NCBI GenBank assembly: GCA_963823335.1
Contig: CAWGLD010000003.1
Coordinates: 32,001-96,000 of the forward strand
Direction of reading: 5' to 3'
DNA: 64,000 bases
DNA from: an uncultured delta proteobacterium
Lineage (GTDB): Bacteria; Desulfobacterota; Desulfobacteria; Desulfobacterales; B30-G6
Part shown: piece after piece, positions 59,347-64,000 of the stretch
Numbering within the stretch: position 1 is the stretch's first letter
Layout of the letters: every line of letters begins with the position of its first letter
Translations under genes and position numbers: made by a program
The notes under the pieces: model-generated
The model's input: only the letters and a program-made list of their open reading frames with translations
Told to the model about the DNA's origin: nothing
The model's database searches: none

Positions 59347-60036
59347 ATGCAAAAGCTTAAAGTAATAATCATATTAACCGGTTTTTTTATCTTAGCCGGT
59401 CTTTCAGGAGCTGTGTCCGATACCGGCATTGAAAACGAGCCCGCCTCCGGCATCCTTGTGCAAGGTTATCGGATCCTACCGATTGAACCTACCGTTGACG
59501 ACGTCAACCTGGTTGTTTACCGTGGGGATTACATCATATTCGATTTCAAAAATACCGTTGGGGATCCAATCCTGAAGATACCCGATTTATCCGTCAATCA
59601 GGAATTGCCCATGGGTCTGGATGGGGCGCCTTATTTCAAGATGAAAACCATGGGTCGTTTTCGTTTTTCACTGGGTGGTGTTGCCGGCCATATCCAGGTC
59701 ATCGAATACAAACAACCGCAATACAAAGAGGTCGATGCCGGAGAGGCTGCTGAACTTCTGCAAAATCTGGGTCCACTGCTGTTGGACGTCCGTACTCCTG
59801 CGGAATTTAACAATGGTCATATAAAAAACGCGATCCTGATACCTGTTCAGGAACTGCAAAAACGCGTGGGTGAGCTATCGGAATATAAACATCACGATAT
59901 TCTGATTTACTGCGCCACAGGTAACCGCAGCACGGTTGCATCCAAAATTCTTATCGACAATGGATTCAAACGGATCATCAATATGCGTTATGGCATCTAT
60001 GGATGGTCAAAAAACCAGTATCCAGTTACGAAGTAG
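59347..60036 (+). CDS. Exported rhodanese-domain protein with extra N-terminal domain
   Basis: Signal peptide; LLDVRT..EF..GHI, CATGNRS active-site loop. Confidence 0.85.
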   Translation: MQKLKVIIILTGFFILAGLSGAVSDTGIENEPASGILVQGYRILPIEPTVDDVNLVVYRGDYIIFDFKNTVGDPILKIPDLSVNQELPMGLDGAPYFKMKTMGRFRFSLGGVAGHIQVIEYKQPQYKEVDAGEAAELLQNLGPLLLDVRTPAEFNNGHIKNAILIPVQELQKRVGELSEYKHHDILIYCATGNRSTVASKILIDNGFKRIINMRYGIYGWSKNQYPVTK

Positions 60037-60219
60037 CATCACCCATCATACTTTCCATTTTGCAATTCCGTAAAGGCTGTTAACGCTTCCATCTCTAAAC
60101 TGTCTGCATCATTCGGATACCGGGGAGAAAACGGATAAACAGGGATAGGTCTTCGAATGGCCTGTTAACGAGTCGGGGGAGTGGGGAGGGGCGCATGATC
60201 GAGATGTTAAAACAAGCGG

Positions 60220-60639
60220 TTATGGCAAATATTTTTTAACTTGCCTATGGATACACAGGTAAATTTCCTCGTCGGATCCGAAGATATCCACTGTGTCTTT
60301 ATGATTGATCAATTTTTCGATAACAAATGAAGTTACGTAAATGCTTACGATGTGCGGCTGATGGATGAGTTCCCTAAGCGGTGCCACCTGATAGTCGATA
60401 TCGAAATCATCAGCGCGGTGCAGTTTGTCGAGACATTTGTTGATCTGTGCTTCCAGAGAGTTTTTGCTGGTGGTTTCAACGAGGTTGGTTTCAACAAGTT
60501 TTGTGGCAATCGCGTTGCTTAACGGGTCTATGCAGTCAACGATGCCTTTCAATGCCATCCGACGCGCGTGTTCTTTGGAGGATTCGATTTTAGACAGAAT
60601 ACTCGATTCACGGTTGCTGGTCCGAAAAACTTTGGCCAT
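60220..60639 (-). CDS. Hypothetical protein (possibly DUF507-like)
   Basis: AAGGTG upstream; helical 139 aa; family call tentative. Confidence 0.65.
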   Translation of the reverse strand: MAKVFRTSNRESSILSKIESSKEHARRMALKGIVDCIDPLSNAIATKLVETNLVETTSKNSLEAQINKCLDKLHRADDFDIDYQVAPLRELIHQPHIVSIYVTSFVIEKLINHKDTVDIFGSDEEIYLCIHRQVKKYLP

Positions 60640-60908
60640 CTTTGATCACCTTTTTAAGTGAATTTCACTAATTTTTTTTTCACCGAATATTAATGACTGT
60701 GGCGCCATATTGCAAGGAAAATATTTAAAGGAATGGTATTTACAATAAATAGGCTATCGATTATAATCAATTGTTTAAAAATAAAAAATGAAATTTCTAC
60801 TGCGATCTGGTTATCAGGGGGAGTGGTGCCATCGGGCAGAACGGTTTTCCGAGAATCCCCACATGGCATGGCCATTAACCCGAAATATCCACAGAGTGAT
60901 GATTTGAA

Positions 60909-62135
60909 ATGCCGGTATATGAATATACAGCACTGGACATCAAGGGCAAAAACACCACGGGTATTGTGGATGCGGAAAGTGCATCTATGGCTCGCCAGAA
61001 ACTTCGTGCAATGCAGAAATATCCCGTTTCGATCGATGAAGTGGCAGACATTTCTAAACAGAAAACCAAAAAGACCCCATCTATCGCCTCTGTTTTTTAT
61101 CGTGTCAAGCAGACCGACATTGCGGCCATGACACGCCAACTCTCGACATTGATTGGCGCCGGATTTCCCCTCGTATCAGCTATTGATGCGTTGATCCCCC
61201 AGACAGCCTCAAAAGCCTTCAAACCGATTCTGGCCCAGATCAAGGAAGCCATTGTCGAAGGAAACAGCTTTGCCGGCGCATTAACCAATTATCCGGGTGC
61301 CTTTACTTCTCTGTACACAAACATGGTCCGGGCAGGGGAGTCCTCTGGAACGCTTGAGATTGTCCTGGAGCAACTGGCTGATATCACCGAAAAACAGCAG
61401 GCCCTCAAAACGCGGATTCGGTCAGCCATGGCATACCCCATCCTGATGGCAGGTGTCGGCATTCTGGTGCTTTTTCTGCTCATTACGTTCATCGTTCCGA
61501 ACATCACCTCCATATTCGAAGACATGCAACAGATTCTACCGCTACCCACCATTATTTTGATCGATATCAGCGATTTTTTCAAAAATTTCTGGTGGGGATT
61601 GCTCGTGGTTCTGATTGTAATCTGGTTCGGCTTGCGAAGTTTCATAAAAACTGCCACCGGGCGTCATGTGGTCGACAAAGCGAAATTAAAGCTACCCCTT
61701 TTGGGACCGATATTTCAGAAACTGGCCGTGGCACGTTTTGCCAGAACATTGGGGTCACTTCTGGAAAACAGCGTTACCCTGCTGACTTCTCTCGAAATTG
61801 TCAGGAATATTGCCGGTAACACACAGATTGCCATGGCCATTGAACACGCCGCCGATGAAGTTAGCAAAGGGCAGGGCCTGGGTACATCTTTAGCGGCATC
61901 AACGGCTTTCCCCCAGTTGTCTCTGCAGATGATTCAGGTGGGTGAGCAGAGTGGAGAACTGGAGAATCTGCTGTTGAAAATAGCGACAATGTATGAAAAT
62001 GAGGTTGAATCGAGAGTGATGAGCGTGACCTCACTCCTGGAACCGGTAATGATTCTCGTCATGGGTATCGTTCTGGGATTCGTCGTTTTGTCCATCTGTC
62101 TGCCCATCTTCGAGATGAACCAGCTGATCATGTGA
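60909..62135 (+). CDS. gspF: Type II secretion inner-membrane platform protein GspF
   Basis: MPVYEYTALD, TRQLSTL, GESSGTL, AMAYP, GEQSGEL, LLEP. Confidence 0.93.
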   Translation: MPVYEYTALDIKGKNTTGIVDAESASMARQKLRAMQKYPVSIDEVADISKQKTKKTPSIASVFYRVKQTDIAAMTRQLSTLIGAGFPLVSAIDALIPQTASKAFKPILAQIKEAIVEGNSFAGALTNYPGAFTSLYTNMVRAGESSGTLEIVLEQLADITEKQQALKTRIRSAMAYPILMAGVGILVLFLLITFIVPNITSIFEDMQQILPLPTIILIDISDFFKNFWWGLLVVLIVIWFGLRSFIKTATGRHVVDKAKLKLPLLGPIFQKLAVARFARTLGSLLENSVTLLTSLEIVRNIAGNTQIAMAIEHAADEVSKGQGLGTSLAASTAFPQLSLQMIQVGEQSGELENLLLKIATMYENEVESRVMSVTSLLEPVMILVMGIVLGFVVLSICLPIFEMNQLIM

Positions 62136-62183
62136 GTTGTGGGAATCGCGGATACAGATCACGTGCAGAACCAAGGAGGGATC

Positions 62184-62639
62184 ATGTGTTTATCGATAAG
62201 GAAAATTGTTAGAAGCGATCGCGGTTTCACCTTGATTGAATTGATGGTAGTCATTGTTATTCTCGGTATCCTGGCCGGTTTGATCGTACCCAGGATTATG
62301 GGGCGCCCGGAGGAGGCTAAACAGCTCAAGGCTAAATTGACCATCGAAAGTATTGAAACGAGTCTTCGATTGTACAAGCTGGACAATGGCGCCTATCCTA
62401 CCACGGAGCAGGGGCTGGATGCGCTCATAGCCGCTCCGGATACCGGTAATGTATCAAACAGCTATCGCGAAGGCGGTTATATCGAAAAGGGTAAAATGCC
62501 GAAAGACTCCTGGGGCAATGAGTTTGTCTACCTGAGCCCAGGCGTTCACGGGGAATACGATATTATTTCATATGGTTCGGATGGAGTTCCAGGAGGTGAG
62601 GGAAAGGATATGGATATAAACTCCTGGGAAATTGATTAG
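62184..62639 (+). CDS. gspG: Type II secretion major pseudopilin GspG
   Basis: [32 protein letters not shown]. Confidence 0.95.
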   Translation: MCLSIRKIVRSDRGFTLIELMVVIVILGILAGLIVPRIMGRPEEAKQLKAKLTIESIETSLRLYKLDNGAYPTTEQGLDALIAAPDTGNVSNSYREGGYIEKGKMPKDSWGNEFVYLSPGVHGEYDIISYGSDGVPGGEGKDMDINSWEID

Positions 62640-62681
62640 CGAAGTCGCATCTTTCTCGTAGATAGGGCAAACCGGGCAATT

Positions 62682-62737
62682 ATTGAAGCGTATCCCGCAC
62701 AAAGCCATGGGGAATGCGCTCGCTATCTTGCTTCAAT
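62682..62737. mobile_element. Short family B element between gspG and gspH
   Basis: ATTGAAG...GGGGAATGCGCTCGCT...CTTCAAT. Confidence 0.7.
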
Positions 62738-62759
62738 ACAGGTTCCGTATGGGCCGCTA

Positions 62760-63320
62760 ATGTTACGATTAAAGCAGAAAATAAGGCTATATCAGACTGC
62801 CATAAAGAGCATGGACAGCCTGTCGTTCCTTAGGGGATTCACCCTTATCGAACTCACGGTGGTTATGGCATTGATCAGCATTATGTTTCTTGTGACGTTG
62901 CCCAGAATCAAGAACGATATTTTTGTCGACCAGACCAAAAAGACGTCCCGATGGCTTTTGGCCAGCGTTCGATATCTGAAGGAAGCCTCCATTCGGGACC
63001 AAAAGGATCATACGCTTCATGTGGACATGGACAATGGGAAATTCTGGATAACCCATATCTTGATGACCGAAGAAATGCTTGAAAAACCGGAGACAGGCGG
63101 TTTAACACTTGCAGATGGTATCCGTATTCTCGATGTTTCATTTGCCGGCCACAGAAAAACGACGACTGGCGTGGCACAGATTCAATTTTATGCCAAGGGA
63201 TATTCAGATAATGCCATGATTCACGTGGTGAATGAGAACGATAGGCAATTGTCGTACCACATACCCCCATTTCTGCCACACATGAAAATCATTAAGGACT
63301 ATGTCGAATTGGAAAAATAG
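62760..63320 (+). CDS. gspH: Minor pseudopilin (GspH-like)
   Basis: GFTLIEL prepilin motif, FYAKG; position after gspG; ATG 62811 alternative. Confidence 0.75.
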   Translation: MLRLKQKIRLYQTAIKSMDSLSFLRGFTLIELTVVMALISIMFLVTLPRIKNDIFVDQTKKTSRWLLASVRYLKEASIRDQKDHTLHVDMDNGKFWITHILMTEEMLEKPETGGLTLADGIRILDVSFAGHRKTTTGVAQIQFYAKGYSDNAMIHVVNENDRQLSYHIPPFLPHMKIIKDYVELEK

Positions 63321-63375
63321 TGTGGCGTTCCAGGTTTCAGAACACCCCTTTAGGTCTTGAGGGTTCTGTCTGCAG

Positions 63376-63789
63376 ATGAACCCAATACGATTATCAATGA
63401 AACAGCAGCCCAAACAGCCAGCAAGATCCGGGTTTACCCTCCTGGAAATACTCGTGGCCATGTCGATTATCACCTTTGCCCTCATCGCCATATTCCGGTT
63501 GTATGCCCAAACCATATCCATGAACCATCTGCTGTCCTTCAATACCACGGCACCGTTTCTGGCGCAGAAGAAAATGTCTGAGCAGACATCCCTGCCGGGA
63601 GATGACTTGAGTGATAACACAGGAGATTTTGGTGAAGGATTTCCAGGGTATGCCTGGACGGTTTCTGTTGAAGACGTTATCTCTGAGGTACTGGAAACCG
63701 AAGACTTGAAAAGAATCGATGTTCGGGTATCGATGAACGGTGATGAACATATATATCTTCTTAGACGATACCGGTTTTTGAGAGACTGA
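63376..63789 (+). CDS. gspI: Minor pseudopilin (GspI-like)
   Basis: GFTLLEILVAM, GDF...YAW; gene order. Confidence 0.78.
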   Translation: MNPIRLSMKQQPKQPARSGFTLLEILVAMSIITFALIAIFRLYAQTISMNHLLSFNTTAPFLAQKKMSEQTSLPGDDLSDNTGDFGEGFPGYAWTVSVEDVISEVLETEDLKRIDVRVSMNGDEHIYLLRRYRFLRD

Positions 63790-63790
63790 C

Positions 63791-64000
63791 ATGCATGCAC
63801 CTCCCTTAGAGTTTAAGCAGAAGACCGGGTTTACCCTGCTGGAGATTATGATCTCGATCTTTATTTTCAGCATCATCATCACAACTGTCTTCGCTTCTTA
63901 TCGGTCCGTTTTTTTCAGCGCAGAAAAAATTAATGCAGGTCTTGATTTGTACGGTATGACCGGTAGTTGCCTGAACCGGATTTCTCTCGATCTAAACGGG
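63791..64000 (+). CDS. gspJ: Minor pseudopilin (GspJ-like), 3' truncated by window edge
   Basis: Hand translation MHAPPLEFKQKTGFTLLEIMISIFIFSII...; open to the end. Confidence 0.75.
   Translation, partial: MHAPPLEFKQKTGFTLLEIMISIFIFSIIITTVFASYRSVFFSAEKINAGLDLYGMTGSCLNRISLDLNG

Noticed and set aside
60700-60714. Sigma54-like TGGCGC...TTGCA upstream of gspF
   Set aside because: GG to GC spacing is 9 nt, not the required 10
62660-62720. c-di-GMP-I (GEMM) riboswitch-like words GGGCAAACC...CAAAGCCATGGG
   Set aside because: No GAAA tetraloop stem or proper pairing; the second half is explained by a family B element
17570-62737. CRISPR interpretation of the repeats
   Set aside because: Copies are dispersed, not regular repeat-spacer arrays, and no cas genes are present

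Overview
Chromosomal window from a sulfate-reducer-like deltaproteobacterium (probably Desulfobacterota/Desulfobacterales, inferred from gene content). In order it carries: the end of the S10, spc and alpha ribosomal protein cluster (partial rplP to rplQ, including rpmJ, which the ORF track missed); a TRAP transporter with frameshifted dctM next to a non-decarboxylating glutaryl-CoA dehydrogenase, a CMD-family gene and gcdA; a glycogen cluster (1431-aa GH13+GH133 debranching fusion, glgP, glgA, eukaryote-like glgB); an MFS/UroD-like/HAD unit; an omptin-like barrel with znuACB and a YidD-like gene; djlA; a NIL-ferredoxin, mnmA and mtaB; several domain fusions; an EF-G of the spirochete/delta type with a RecA/KaiC-like ATPase; azlCD; rsmG; a ThiS/ThiF pair; and the start of a type II secretion cluster (gspF-J). 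I recognised no rRNA, tRNA, CRISPR array or transposase. The most unusual signal is non-coding. The accessory intergenic spacers hold at least four short repeat families. A palindromic element with a ~76-bp core and ATTGAA/TTCAA ends occurs about 10 times, supplies the stop codon of three genes and shows a compensatory stem change. It is nested, in both orientations, inside a ~215-250-bp scaffold of inverted heptamer tandem arms (3 copies). Other heptamer arrays share the 7-nt period but not the sequence. All calls were made by eye, without database searches.
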